From assembly GCA_964372095.1 (NCBI GenBank), contig CAYJPV010000003.1, forward strand, positions 56,963-120,962: a stretch of 64,000 nt of DNA, written 5' to 3'. Below are positions 1-9,591 of the stretch, piece by piece. The position numbers and the translations under genes were made by a program. Source of the DNA: an uncultured Vicinamibacterales bacterium (GTDB lineage: Bacteria; Acidobacteriota; Vicinamibacteria; Vicinamibacterales; JAKQTR01). The notes under the pieces are model-generated. The model was not told the origin of the DNA. It did not search any database and saw nothing but the letters and a program-made list of their open reading frames with translations. The first letter of the stretch is position 1, and every line of letters begins with the position of its first letter.

Positions 1-657
1 GACGACTTCACGGCGTACCTGTATCGCTCGACGGATTTCGGCGCCACGTGGACCGCGGTCGCCGGCACCCTGCCGGCCGAATCGATCAACGTCGTGGCCG
101 AGGACCCGAAGCGGCCGGGGCTGCTCTACGTCGGGACCGACGCGGGCGTCTACGTCTCGTTCAACCGGGGCGATGCGTGGCTGTCGCTGTGCGCGGATCT
201 GCCGACCACGCCGGTGATGGATCTCGTCGTCCACCCGCGCGAAGACGAGCTGGTGATCGCGACGCACGGCAGGAGCCTCTTCCTCCTCGACGTCCGGCCG
301 GTGCAGGCGCTGAGCGACGCGGTGCAGGCGTCGGACCTGCACCTGTTCGACGTGCGCCCGGTCCGCCTCACGTGGCAGCCGGGCCGCGAGGTACCGCCCC
401 AGCCGCCGCGGGGCCGGGCGCTGCTGCACGTGTGGCTGAAGACGGCGTCGGCGGTGCAGGTCTCGATCCGCGATGCCGAAGGCCGGCCCGTCAGGACGAT
501 GTCTGTCCGAGGGGCGGCCGGCGTCAGCCGCGTCGAGTGGGACATCCGCCGCGACGACGGGCGCGACGCGCCGCCAGGCGTCTATCGTGCCGACGTGTCC
601 TCGGGGAGCCAGAAGGCCTCCGGCGACATCGTCGTGAACCCCGGCCACAAGCGTTGA
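1..657 (+). CDS. BNR/Asp-box repeat (sortilin/VPS10-like beta-propeller) protein, C-terminal part; 5' end lies outside the window
   Basis: Frame 1 is open from base 1 (DDFTAYLYRSTDFGATW...). Asp-box consensus S-x-D-x-G-x-T-W at STDFGATW, plus a degenerate copy SFNRGDAW. C-terminal beta-sandwich-like tail. Stop at 655-657. Confidence 0.8.
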   Translation, partial: DDFTAYLYRSTDFGATWTAVAGTLPAESINVVAEDPKRPGLLYVGTDAGVYVSFNRGDAWLSLCADLPTTPVMDLVVHPREDELVIATHGRSLFLLDVRPVQALSDAVQASDLHLFDVRPVRLTWQPGREVPPQPPRGRALLHVWLKTASAVQVSIRDAEGRPVRTMSVRGAAGVSRVEWDIRRDDGRDAPPGVYRADVSSGSQKASGDIVVNPGHKR

Positions 658-756
658 CAGCGCCAGGCCCGCGCTGACGTGTGGGACAATGGCAGGGGAA
701 ACCACCTGACTGGGACGAAGCCGCGCCCAAGGCGTCCGCGGCCAACGGAGGACTGA

Positions 757-1155
757 GTGTCTGAATCGCAGAATCAGAAAGACGGCGACGCGTACCTCGC
801 CGCCAACAAGACCAAAGAAGGCGTCGTCGCGTTGCCGAGCGGCGTGCAGTACACGATCCTGTCGGCTGGCACGGGCCCGATGCCCAAGATGGCCGACACG
901 GTCACGTGCCACTATCGGGGCACGCTGATCGACGGCACCGAGTTCGACAGTTCGTATCGCCGCGGACAACCGGCCAGCTTTCCGGTGCGGGGCGTCATCA
1001 AGGGCTGGACAGAGGTGCTGCAACTGATGCCCGTCGGCTCGAAATGGCACGTGGCGATTCCGCCCGATCTGGCCTACGGCACCCGCGGCGCCGGCGCCGA
1101 CATCGGGCCGAACACGACGCTCCTGTTCGACATCGAACTCATCGGCATCCGGTAA
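757..1155 (+). CDS. FKBP-type peptidyl-prolyl cis-trans isomerase
   Basis: FKBP core: VTCHYRGTLIDGTEFDSSYRRGQPASFPVRGVIKGWTEVLQLMPVGSKWHVAIPPDLAYG...LLFDIELIGI. GTG start preceded by GGAGGA. Confidence 0.9.
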   Translation: MSESQNQKDGDAYLAANKTKEGVVALPSGVQYTILSAGTGPMPKMADTVTCHYRGTLIDGTEFDSSYRRGQPASFPVRGVIKGWTEVLQLMPVGSKWHVAIPPDLAYGTRGAGADIGPNTTLLFDIELIGIR

Positions 1156-1165
1156 CGGTCGAGAC

Positions 1166-1190
1166 GCTGACCCGCGCGGGCGCGGTCAGC
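1166..1190. terminator. GC-rich hairpin between convergent genes (possible bidirectional terminator)
   Basis: gctgacc...ggtcagc arms with a GC-rich interior. Overlaps the stop of the minus-strand gene. No clear T-run. Confidence 0.35.
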
Positions 1191-1602
1191 GCGCCTTGCG
1201 CCTGGCCGCAGAACGTCGAGCCTTCGGTACCCAGGGCTTGATGGCGGCCGGGCGACCGGCGTCCAGTTCGGCGCGGATCTCCCGCGGCAGGCCGGCCCGC
1301 ACGATTTCGTAAGCCGCCGTCAGCAACGCGCGGAACTCACGGTCGGGCAGCGCCGACAACGCTTCGATCGTGACCCACTGGTTCCGCCACATATTGTGAG
1401 ACGCGGGCACGACATCCTCGCGCTCGACCAGCTCGGCATAGGCCTCGTGGGAGCACTTGACACTGCAGCGTTCAGCTTCGAGATCGAGTATCGCGAACAT
1501 CTTGCCGCCCACTTTGAACAGCAGGTTCTCGCCCCACCGCACGATCTCGGTGACGAACGGCAAGGCGAGACAATGTTCGCGCACAGACTCGTGGTTCATC
1601 AT
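1186..1602 (-). CDS. MmcQ/YjbR family DNA-binding protein
   Basis: 138 aa. N-terminus VREHCLALPFVTEIVRWGENLLFKVGGKMFAIL is typical of the YjbR/MmcQ family. Basic C-terminal tail. Confidence 0.7.
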   Translation of the reverse strand: MMNHESVREHCLALPFVTEIVRWGENLLFKVGGKMFAILDLEAERCSVKCSHEAYAELVEREDVVPASHNMWRNQWVTIEALSALPDREFRALLTAAYEIVRAGLPREIRAELDAGRPAAIKPWVPKARRSAARRKAR

Positions 1603-1609
1603 GACACCG

Positions 1610-2434
1610 CTACAGTCCGTCCACGAGTGCCGTCCCGCCCAATTGGGACATCTGCTGCAAAATCCACTCGCGGCGTTCCTCGACGTAGGCCGACGGGCGG
1701 TCCGCTCGCAGGCGGATCGGGTTCGGCAACACCGCGGCCAGCAGCGCGGCTTCGGATGCCGTCAGCCTGGCAGCCGGCTTCCGGAAATACCGCTGGCTCG
1801 CCGCCTCGACACCGAAGACGCCAGACCCCATCTCGGCGACGTTCAGGTAGACCTCGAGAATCCGCCGTTTCGGCCACAGCAGTTCGACGAGCACGGTGAA
1901 GTAGGCTTCGAGGCCTTTGCGCACGAAGCTGCGCCCGGACCACAGAAAGACGTTCTTGGCCACCTGCTGGGAAATCGTGCTGGCGCCACGCAAGCGCCGC
2001 CCCTGTTCGTGCGCGTCGATGGCTTTCTGCAGCGACTCGAAGTCGAACCCGTGGTGCGTGGGGAAGTGCTGGTCTTCCGCGGCAATCACGGCCAGTCCGG
2101 CGTGTTTTGCGATCCGATTCCACGGCACCCATCGATAGGTGAGGGAGTACGACGTCCCGGCCATGAGCGCGTCAATCCGCCGCTCGATCATCACGCCGCT
2201 CGTGAGCGGGGGCGCCCAGCGAAGGACGAGAACGGCCAGCACCGACGACACGAACAGCAGCGCCGCCGCCCGCAGGGCCCAGATGGCCACCCGGCGGATG
2301 CGGGAACGTGGCCGAGCGCGAGAGACCTTCTTCCGAATCGCCATCTGCAGGACCGGTTTGAGAACCTGCGTAAGCGGCCTGTCTTCGGCCGCAGGAACGG
2401 GAGCTGAAACCGCTTCCAGAGTATCCCAGATCAA
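1610..2434 (-). CDS. mtgA: monofunctional biosynthetic peptidoglycan transglycosylase (GT51)
   Basis: N-terminal TM helix. GT51 motifs [14 protein letters not shown] and [13 protein letters not shown]. About 270 aa with no transpeptidase domain. Confidence 0.9.
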   Translation of the reverse strand: MIWDTLEAVSAPVPAAEDRPLTQVLKPVLQMAIRKKVSRARPRSRIRRVAIWALRAAALLFVSSVLAVLVLRWAPPLTSGVMIERRIDALMAGTSYSLTYRWVPWNRIAKHAGLAVIAAEDQHFPTHHGFDFESLQKAIDAHEQGRRLRGASTISQQVAKNVFLWSGRSFVRKGLEAYFTVLVELLWPKRRILEVYLNVAEMGSGVFGVEAASQRYFRKPAARLTASEAALLAAVLPNPIRLRADRPSAYVEERREWILQQMSQLGGTALVDGL

Positions 2435-2496
2435 GGCACCGGGTGAGAGCGAAACCGCGATAGACTGCGGCAGTCGTTTTCATCGCCGGAGCCAAG

Positions 2497-3204
2497 ATGC
2501 GTGACACCCGCCGCCTGCTGATTGTCGATTTGAGCGTCAACCCCGCCGTCTATCGCCCGGTGGACCACTGGCGGCCGCACGTCGAGGCACGCGGCGTGCC
2601 GTTTGACGTCTGCCGCCCGCCGGACGGCCAGGCGCCAGCCGACCTCTCTGCCTACTCCCACGCCATCCTCACCGGCAGTGAAGCCAGCATCGTTGCAGAC
2701 ACCGGGTGGATCGTCAGCGCCTGCGAGTTGACCCGCGCGATGGATGCGCGCCAGATCAGACTGCTCGGCAGCTGCTTCGGCCACCAGATGCTGGCACGCG
2801 CGCTGGCGGGAGCGGCCTTCGTGCGCCACACGCCCACGCCGGAATTCGGGTGGGTCGAAGTCACGAAGACGGGCGGCGGCGTCCGCGATCCCCTCGTCGA
2901 CGCTCTGCCCGATCGGTGCCACGTCTACACCTCGCACTTCGACGAAGTGTTTCCGCTGCCGCCCGGATGGGAACGCGTGGCCGACACGGCAGACTGCCCG
3001 CATGCGGTCGTCCGCCGCACGCGGGGTGGCGCGTGGGGTATCCAGCCGCATCCCGAGATCGGCATCGACGAAGGCCGGGGCCTCCAGGAGTCGTATCTGA
3101 ACACAATGCCCGAACGCCGGGACGTGCTGGAGGCGGGATGGCACGGGGAACCGCGGGACGATGGCATCGCCGCCGCCCTGGTCAAAGGGTTCCTGGATAC
3201 GTAA
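2497..3204 (+). CDS. class I glutamine amidotransferase-like protein
   Basis: GATase1 nucleophile elbow GSCFGHQMLA; downstream GIQPHPE His-Glu pair region. 235 aa. Confidence 0.8.
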   Translation: MRDTRRLLIVDLSVNPAVYRPVDHWRPHVEARGVPFDVCRPPDGQAPADLSAYSHAILTGSEASIVADTGWIVSACELTRAMDARQIRLLGSCFGHQMLARALAGAAFVRHTPTPEFGWVEVTKTGGGVRDPLVDALPDRCHVYTSHFDEVFPLPPGWERVADTADCPHAVVRRTRGGAWGIQPHPEIGIDEGRGLQESYLNTMPERRDVLEAGWHGEPRDDGIAAALVKGFLDT

Positions 3205-3244
3205 TCGCCCCGCGGGAAGCGGCCGCCTGGAAGCCGGCACGAGA

Positions 3245-4249
3245 CTACGCGCCGGCGCCCTCGAACAGGTCGCGCCCTTGGGCGAGTACGCGGATCTTGG
3301 CGTCGGCAATCCCCCGCTTCAGCATCCAGAACCCGCAGTCCGGATGGATGTACCGCACGCGCCCCGCCCCCAGGATTCGCTCCGCGCGCTCGATCCGCCG
3401 TGCGACGTCACTGGCCGTCTCGGCCACGGTGGTCTTGATGTCGACAACACCCAGGCCAAATCCGATCTTCGGATCCAGGTCGCGAAATACGTCCAGCTCG
3501 TCGTCCGGACGGTGCGCACATTCGAGCACTACATGGTCAGCGTGCAGGGCATTCAGGTAGGCGAGGAGGTTGCGCCACGTCCCCTTCTGGATGCTCTGGC
3601 CGCCATAGTTCCCAAAACACAGGTGCACGGCCGGGACCGTCTTGACGGCGTCGAGCACCCGGTTGATGGCCGAAGCTGCCCATTCCCACTCCTCCGGGTG
3701 CCCGGGCAGGTTGGCTTCGTCCAGTTGGACGACTGTGGCGTCGAGATGACGAACCTGCTCGGCGAGCACGTCGGCCAGCGCATGCGCCAGCGCCGGCGTG
3801 TCGGGATAGTGCTTGTTGATCAGTGTCTTGGCCAGCATGTGCGGGCCGGTCACGGTGAATTTGAAGGGCCGCGTCGCCAGCGCCGCGGCGCGCCGGCACG
3901 CGAGCGGCAGGTCCAGCGTGCCGCTCCCCAGCGGCCCCTCGACCACGGCTGGCGGCCGGGCCCGAAAACGCATGCCGTCCTGCGTGCGATACGCCAGCAA
4001 TTCGTCGAAGCTCATGCGATGACGCACACCGTCCATCGGCCGGACGAAATATTCGATCATGCCGTTGGTTTCGGGATGGTTGATATCGAAGCGGTACAGT
4101 TCGCCGTCACACACGACGTCGATTCCCGCCGCTTCCTGCGTGGCGATCACGACACGGGTGGCGTCGAGCAGCGCCTGCTCGGACGGCGCGGCCACGAGCC
4201 ACTCGGGAACCGGATACGAACCCACGACAGTCGTCTTGATACGCGGCAT
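3245..4249 (-). CDS. cobalamin-independent methionine synthase catalytic-domain family protein (MetE C-terminal-like)
   Basis: 334 aa. MPRIKTTVVGSYPVPEWL start, DVVCDGE, VQLDEANL, CFGNYGG and HPDCGFW segments resemble the MetE C-terminal / methionine synthase II fold. Confidence 0.8.
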   Translation of the reverse strand: MPRIKTTVVGSYPVPEWLVAAPSEQALLDATRVVIATQEAAGIDVVCDGELYRFDINHPETNGMIEYFVRPMDGVRHRMSFDELLAYRTQDGMRFRARPPAVVEGPLGSGTLDLPLACRRAAALATRPFKFTVTGPHMLAKTLINKHYPDTPALAHALADVLAEQVRHLDATVVQLDEANLPGHPEEWEWAASAINRVLDAVKTVPAVHLCFGNYGGQSIQKGTWRNLLAYLNALHADHVVLECAHRPDDELDVFRDLDPKIGFGLGVVDIKTTVAETASDVARRIERAERILGAGRVRYIHPDCGFWMLKRGIADAKIRVLAQGRDLFEGAGA

Positions 4250-4304
4250 GTGCCTGTCTCCATCCGAAACGCCAACAGGCCCGGTGCGGGCCTGCGCCCT
4301 CCCC

Positions 4305-4895
4305 TCAGCGGAGCTGCCGCAGCACGGCGGTCGGGATCACGCACGAAATCGACCGGGACTTCCCCACCAGTTCCAGCGTGACGCTGCGCGTGGGCGCCCA
4401 CGCCGGATAATCGAAGGTGAACTGGCCAGTGCCGCCCGACACCGATCGGGCCACCGTGGGCACGGGCTTACCGCCGCGTTTCAGCACGAGGTCCGTGAGC
4501 ACGTTTTTCGAACCCCTGACGGGCGTCACGCCAATGGTGACGCGCGTCCGCTGGGCGGCCTGGTAGCTGGGTTGCGGCGCGGGCTGCTTCTTGCGCACGG
4601 CCGCCCACACTTCGTAGGCCACCTGCTTGTAGCCCGAGTAGAACGCCAGGGTGAAGTCGTCGTTCTTGCACAACCCGGTGTCCCAGAACACGCAGGGCGG
4701 GTCGTCGCCTCCCTGCTTCCCGCATTCGATGGCGTTGTAGTAACTCTCCGCGTTGACCGGCTGAAGCCCTTTGTCCCACGGGGGCGTGGCGCCGGCCCTG
4801 GCCACGGCGGTGATCTGCGCATCGGCCCGGACGGGCCACAACACGGCGCACGCAAACAGCGCGAGCACCAGCAGACGGGTCTTCGATACAGTCAT
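4305..4895 (-). CDS. hypothetical secreted protein
   Basis: ORF trimmed to ATG 4895, which gives a signal peptide MTVSKTRLLVLALFACAVLWPVRADAQ. No recognisable domain. Confidence 0.6.
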   Translation of the reverse strand: MTVSKTRLLVLALFACAVLWPVRADAQITAVARAGATPPWDKGLQPVNAESYYNAIECGKQGGDDPPCVFWDTGLCKNDDFTLAFYSGYKQVAYEVWAAVRKKQPAPQPSYQAAQRTRVTIGVTPVRGSKNVLTDLVLKRGGKPVPTVARSVSGGTGQFTFDYPAWAPTRSVTLELVGKSRSISCVIPTAVLRQLR

Positions 4896-4947
4896 GATGC
4901 ACCTCATGCGCCTGCCATCTTGCCGCAATTGAGCACGGAACGATAGA

Positions 4948-6969
4948 GTGGTCCCGGCAGAGAGGGGCAACAGGTCGGTGAGTCCACGCAAGGCGCCAGC
5001 ACGCAGGTCCCAACCGGCACCCGCGCCAGACCCGCGTCCGGCTGGTCTGCGGCGGAGGATCAGCGGCGCTCGCAGCTGGTTGATGGTGTGTGCGTTGCTC
5101 GCCGTGGTGGCCTGGGTCTACGTGCCCGTCTTCTCCGCGGACTACATCTGGGACGACAACGACTACGTCTCGGAGAACCGGAACCTCGATACGCCAGGCG
5201 GCCTCGCCCGCATCTGGTTCGCTCCGCGCAGTTCGCCGCAGTATTACCCGTTTGTCTTCACCTCGTTCTGGCTCGAACGCCAGGTGTTCGGACCAGGGCC
5301 AACCTCGCACCACGTCGTCAACGCCTGCCTGCACGCGCTGAATGCGTTCCTGCTCTGGCTCGTGCTCCGGCAGCTGCAGGTGCGGGGCGCAGCTGTCATC
5401 GCGCTGACCTTTGCCGCGCACCCGGTCCACGTCGAGTCGGTCGCCTGGATGACGGAGCGGAAGAATGTCCTGTCGGGGATGTTCTACCTGGCCTCTCTGT
5501 GGGCCTATCTTCGTTTCGCCTGGCCGCCGCACGGGCCCCAGGAAGCTGGCCACCCACGAGAGGCCCCGGCGCCGCTCCGGGGCTGGTATGCGGCCAGCAT
5601 CGCGCTATTCGCCTGCGCGCTGCTCAGCAAGACGGTGACAGCAACCCTGCCGGGCGTGCTGCTCCTCGTGCTGTGGTGGAAACACGGCCGCCTCACGGCC
5701 CGCGACTGGACGCGAGTGGCGCCCTTCCTCGGGCTGGGCCTGCTGGCCGGCGTGGCCACGGCGTGGCTCGAAGTCCACCATGTGGGGGCGGCCGGCTACG
5801 ACTGGACGCTCGGCATCGCCGAACGAATCCTGCTCGCGGGGCGGGTGCCGTGGTTCTACGCGCAGAAACTGATCTGGCCCAACCCGCTGATCTTCATCTA
5901 TCCGCGATGGGAGATCGCCCTGTCTGCCGCACAGCTGCTCTACCCGGTGGCGACAGCGCTGAGCCTCGCGGGCCTGTACGTCCTGAGACGACGCGTCGGC
6001 ACGGGAGCGTTCGTCGCGATCACGTTCTTCCTGCTCACCTTGTTCCCCGCGATGGGGTTCTTCGACGTGTACCCCATGCGCTATTCGTACGTGGCGGATC
6101 ACTTCCAGTATCTGGCCAGCGTCGGCGTGATTGCGCTGGGCGTTGGAGCGGCCACGTGGCTGCTCGAGCGGCTGGGCTGGCGCCGGACGGGATTCGTCCT
6201 CGCCGCGATCATCATCGCCTCACTCGCCGTCACGGCACGCGGCGAGACCCGGAAGTACCACGGACTCGAGACGCTGTGGCTGGACACGCTCGCCAAGAAC
6301 CCGAACGCGTGGATGGCGCACAACAACCTGGGCACGCTGAGCCTTCGCCAGCAGCGATGGGCCGACGCCGAGCAACACTTCGAGGCGGCATTGCGCATCA
6401 AGGCGGACGTACCCGAGGCCAACAAGAACCTCGGAACGGCGCTCTATTCGCAGGGCAAGATCGAAGCGGCCACGGCACAGTACCGCGCGGCGGTGGCCGT
6501 GACACCGGACGATGCGGGTGCGTGGAGCAATCTGGGCATCGCACTCGCTGCCGGCAAGCGTTACGACGAGGCGATTCAGGCGTACCGCTCGGCACTGTCA
6601 GTCACGCCCGACTACGCCATGGCGCACTACAATCTGGGCAACGTGTACTACCGCATGAACAACCTCGAGGCGGCCGCGGCGCAGTATCGTGACGCCGTCC
6701 GGATCGATCCGAATCTGGCGATGGCGCACCACAACCTCGGCACCGTCCAGTTGCAGCAAGGGCGGGCCGCCGAGGCGATCGACAGCTACACGGCCGCCAT
6801 TCGGGTGAACGCCCGGTTTGCGGACGCGTTCTGCAACCGCGGCACGGCGCACCTGCAACTGGGGCAGGTGGCCGAAGCGACGCGTGACTACACTGAAGCC
6901 CTGCGCCTGACGCCCGGACACGCCGCCGCACGGGACGGACTCACGCGAATACGTACTCTGGCGAAGTGA
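4948..6969 (+). CDS. TMTC-like membrane protein: polytopic DUF1736/PMT-like N-domain fused to C-terminal TPR repeats
   Basis: About 10 predicted TM helices after a YIWDDNDYVSEN motif. C-terminal about 230 aa holds 34-aa TPR units (AHNNLG..., ANKNLG..., AWSNLG..., AHYNLG..., AHHNLG..., AFCNRG...). The exact start is uncertain. Confidence 0.85.
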   Translation: MVPAERGNRSVSPRKAPARRSQPAPAPDPRPAGLRRRISGARSWLMVCALLAVVAWVYVPVFSADYIWDDNDYVSENRNLDTPGGLARIWFAPRSSPQYYPFVFTSFWLERQVFGPGPTSHHVVNACLHALNAFLLWLVLRQLQVRGAAVIALTFAAHPVHVESVAWMTERKNVLSGMFYLASLWAYLRFAWPPHGPQEAGHPREAPAPLRGWYAASIALFACALLSKTVTATLPGVLLLVLWWKHGRLTARDWTRVAPFLGLGLLAGVATAWLEVHHVGAAGYDWTLGIAERILLAGRVPWFYAQKLIWPNPLIFIYPRWEIALSAAQLLYPVATALSLAGLYVLRRRVGTGAFVAITFFLLTLFPAMGFFDVYPMRYSYVADHFQYLASVGVIALGVGAATWLLERLGWRRTGFVLAAIIIASLAVTARGETRKYHGLETLWLDTLAKNPNAWMAHNNLGTLSLRQQRWADAEQHFEAALRIKADVPEANKNLGTALYSQGKIEAATAQYRAAVAVTPDDAGAWSNLGIALAAGKRYDEAIQAYRSALSVTPDYAMAHYNLGNVYYRMNNLEAAAAQYRDAVRIDPNLAMAHHNLGTVQLQQGRAAEAIDSYTAAIRVNARFADAFCNRGTAHLQLGQVAEATRDYTEALRLTPGHAAARDGLTRIRTLAK

Positions 6970-6998
6970 ACGTGGTCCCAACAGACAAGGGTGCGCAC

Positions 6999-8732
6999 AT
7001 GAAGCCCATTCTCAGCGACGAGTTGGAACTCCTGCTCCGCGACGAACGCCGCATCCTTGGCGACGTCCGCATGGTGCTCGCGTCGTGCGGCGCCACGCCG
7101 GAGGACCAGGACGTGCTCCGCACGTCGATCGAGCAACTGGACGCGTTCTTCCTGCTGGTGGTTGTCGGCGAGTTCAACGCAGGCAAGAGCGCCTTCATCA
7201 ACGCGTTGCTGGGGCAGTCGCTGCTCGAAGAAGGCGTGACGCCGACCACCACCGAGGTGGTCGTCGTCAGCCACGGCGACACGGTCGGGCGCGCGTCCCC
7301 GGAACCGACGCTGCGTACCATCAACGCGCCCATCGATCTCCTGCGCGATCTTCACATCGTCGATACACCCGGCACCAACGCGATCATGCGCGAGCACGAG
7401 CGGATTACATCCGAGTTCGTCCCGCGGTCCGATCTGGTGCTGTTCGTCACGTCGGCCGATCGGCCCTATACGGAGACGGAGCGGCAGTTCCTGCAGCGGA
7501 TCGCCGATTGGGGCAAGAAGGTCGTCATCGTGGTGAACAAGGTCGATCTGCTGGAGCGGCCTGAAGATGTCGCTGCCGTGAAGGCCTTCGTCACATCGAA
7601 CGCCGCCACGGTGCTCGGTCTGACGCCGGAGCTCTTCTGCGTCAGCGCGCGGCTGGCGCTTCGCGCGAAGCTGGGAGAGCCGGCCCTCTGGGAACGGAGT
7701 GGCTTCGAACCGCTGGAGCGGTTCATCCACGACTCCCTGGACGACATGAGCCGGCTCCAGCTCAAGCTGCTGAACCCGTTGGGCGTGGCACAGCACGTGA
7801 CCGCCCGCTGCCTGTCTGTCGTCACCGAACGCCTGGATCTGCTGAAGGGCGACCTCGTCCTCCTGGACGATGTCGACCGGCAGATGGGGGTGTACCGGCA
7901 GGACATGACCCGTGACTTCGCGGTGCGCATGGGCGACATCGAGAAGACGGTCATCGAGATGGAACAGCGGGGCCACGCGTTCTTCGACGAGATCCTGCGC
8001 ATCGGCCGCGTCTTCGACCTCATCGGGAAGACCCGCGTCCGGCAGGAGTTCGAGCGGGACGTCATCGCCGGCGCGCCGGCGGAGATCGAGCGCAAGGTCA
8101 CCGATCTGATCGACTGGCTCGTGAGCGCCGACTTCCGGCAGTGGCAGGCGGTGACGAGCCACCTGGCCGAGCGCCGCCGCGGATACAAGGAGCGCATCGT
8201 CGGCGAGGACGCGACGGCCGGATTCGAATACGATCGGGCGCGCCTGTTCGACGCCGTGAGCCAGGAAGCCCAGCAGGTCGTGGATGGCTACGACCGGCCA
8301 CGGGAGGCGCAGGCGCTGGCCGACGGCGCGCGCAACGCCGTGGCGGCCACGGCAGCCGTCGGAGCCGGGGCCGTGGGTCTCGGCGCTGTGGTGGCCACCA
8401 TGGCGTCCACGGCAGCCGGCGATGTGACCGGGCTTGCGATGGCGGGGGTCATGGCAATCGTCGGGCTGTTCATCATCCCCGCGAAGCGGCGGAGCGCAAA
8501 GGCCGACCTGCGCCGGAAGGTCACCGAGATGCGCGAGAAGCTGACGGCGGCGCTGCGGGGCCAGTTCGAGCGCGAGGTTCAGCGCAGTGTCAGCCGAACC
8601 GCCGATGCCATCGCGCCGTACAGCCGGTTTGTGCGGGCTGAACAGCAGAAGCTCGGCCAGAGCCGCGAGGACCTCACGGCGGCTGCCGCAGAACTGGACC
8701 GCCTGCAGACGCAGGTCCGGGCGTTGCGCTGA
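6999..8732 (+). CDS. bacterial dynamin-like GTPase
   Basis: G1 GEFNAGKS, G3 DTPG, G4 NKVD. Long helical stalk. Hydrophobic paddle AVGAGAVGLGAVVATMASTAAGDVTGLAMAGVMAIVGLFIIP near the C-terminus. ATG 6999 preferred over GTG 6966. Confidence 0.9.
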   Translation: MKPILSDELELLLRDERRILGDVRMVLASCGATPEDQDVLRTSIEQLDAFFLLVVVGEFNAGKSAFINALLGQSLLEEGVTPTTTEVVVVSHGDTVGRASPEPTLRTINAPIDLLRDLHIVDTPGTNAIMREHERITSEFVPRSDLVLFVTSADRPYTETERQFLQRIADWGKKVVIVVNKVDLLERPEDVAAVKAFVTSNAATVLGLTPELFCVSARLALRAKLGEPALWERSGFEPLERFIHDSLDDMSRLQLKLLNPLGVAQHVTARCLSVVTERLDLLKGDLVLLDDVDRQMGVYRQDMTRDFAVRMGDIEKTVIEMEQRGHAFFDEILRIGRVFDLIGKTRVRQEFERDVIAGAPAEIERKVTDLIDWLVSADFRQWQAVTSHLAERRRGYKERIVGEDATAGFEYDRARLFDAVSQEAQQVVDGYDRPREAQALADGARNAVAATAAVGAGAVGLGAVVATMASTAAGDVTGLAMAGVMAIVGLFIIPAKRRSAKADLRRKVTEMREKLTAALRGQFEREVQRSVSRTADAIAPYSRFVRAEQQKLGQSREDLTAAAAELDRLQTQVRALR

Positions 8733-8851
8733 CGGCCCGCCGCAGTTCCGGAGAGAGGCCGGTGTGAGCTGGCCCGTCTCGCCGCCTTGACGCCGGTGCG
8801 CCGAACCGTCAAGATTCGAGTTGCCTGCCTGCCATCGTGGGAGGACCGGTC

Positions 8852-9418
8852 ATGTTGCACACGTGTCATGTCGGGCGCTGGGTACTGGCGGCGCTGCTTG
8901 CTGTTGCCAGTCTCTCTTGCGGAACCGGTACCAGTCCGACCCAGCCCACTCAGGCGCAGCCGAGTGGTCCGCGCAGCCTCGCCCACTTCGAAGAAATCGT
9001 CGGAACCGCTTGGACGGGCACCGCCACGTTTGCGACGATTGACGGCAGCCCGGCTGCGTCGCACGTGGAACTGGCCTTCGTGTGGCTGGGTGTCACCGAC
9101 ATGCCTTACTGGGGGCTGGCGCAGGGGTACAGTCCCTTCGGGTGGGGCACGGTCGACGGCCTTCCGACTCGACTCCGCGGGTACAACGCGTTGTGGGTGG
9201 AGGGCGTCTACAACCGGCGCATCGATGTCGGCGATAACCCCGTCCTCGGAACCGGGACCTGGCAAACCGCGAGTCTCTCGGCCGATCGGCAGCGCCTTAG
9301 AATCACGTCTTCCGACTTCGTGTGGAACGGACGACGGGCCGTGACGGTCGAGCTGGTGCGGGCGCCCTGGCCGTCCGATGTGAACTGCCCGGCGTTCCGC
9401 ACCTGCGGAAGCTACTAG
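8852..9418 (+). CDS. hypothetical lipoprotein
   Basis: GGGAGGA SD then ATG 8852. Lipobox-like LAVASLSCG. No known domain recognised. Confidence 0.6.
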   Translation: MLHTCHVGRWVLAALLAVASLSCGTGTSPTQPTQAQPSGPRSLAHFEEIVGTAWTGTATFATIDGSPAASHVELAFVWLGVTDMPYWGLAQGYSPFGWGTVDGLPTRLRGYNALWVEGVYNRRIDVGDNPVLGTGTWQTASLSADRQRLRITSSDFVWNGRRAVTVELVRAPWPSDVNCPAFRTCGSY

Positions 9419-9591
9419 TCCCCTGGAACCGTGACTCCTCACATAGTTCTCGGGCGGGGCATCCCGGCTCGTGAGCAGGTCTGTCACCATCGGCAACATC
9501 GCCCACACAGCTGCCAACGTATCTGCGGAACACGCAGCGACCAGGTTTCGTAGTTCCCAGGTGTACTGCGCCGTCCCCCGGAGAATCCCAC

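Noticed and set aside
5088-6692. 534-aa alternative-frame ORF inside the TMTC-like gene, and the 6888-8162 ORF antisense to the dynamin-like gene
   Set aside because: Both overlap frames that carry clear TM/TPR or GTPase motifs. They are typical GC-rich shadow ORFs.
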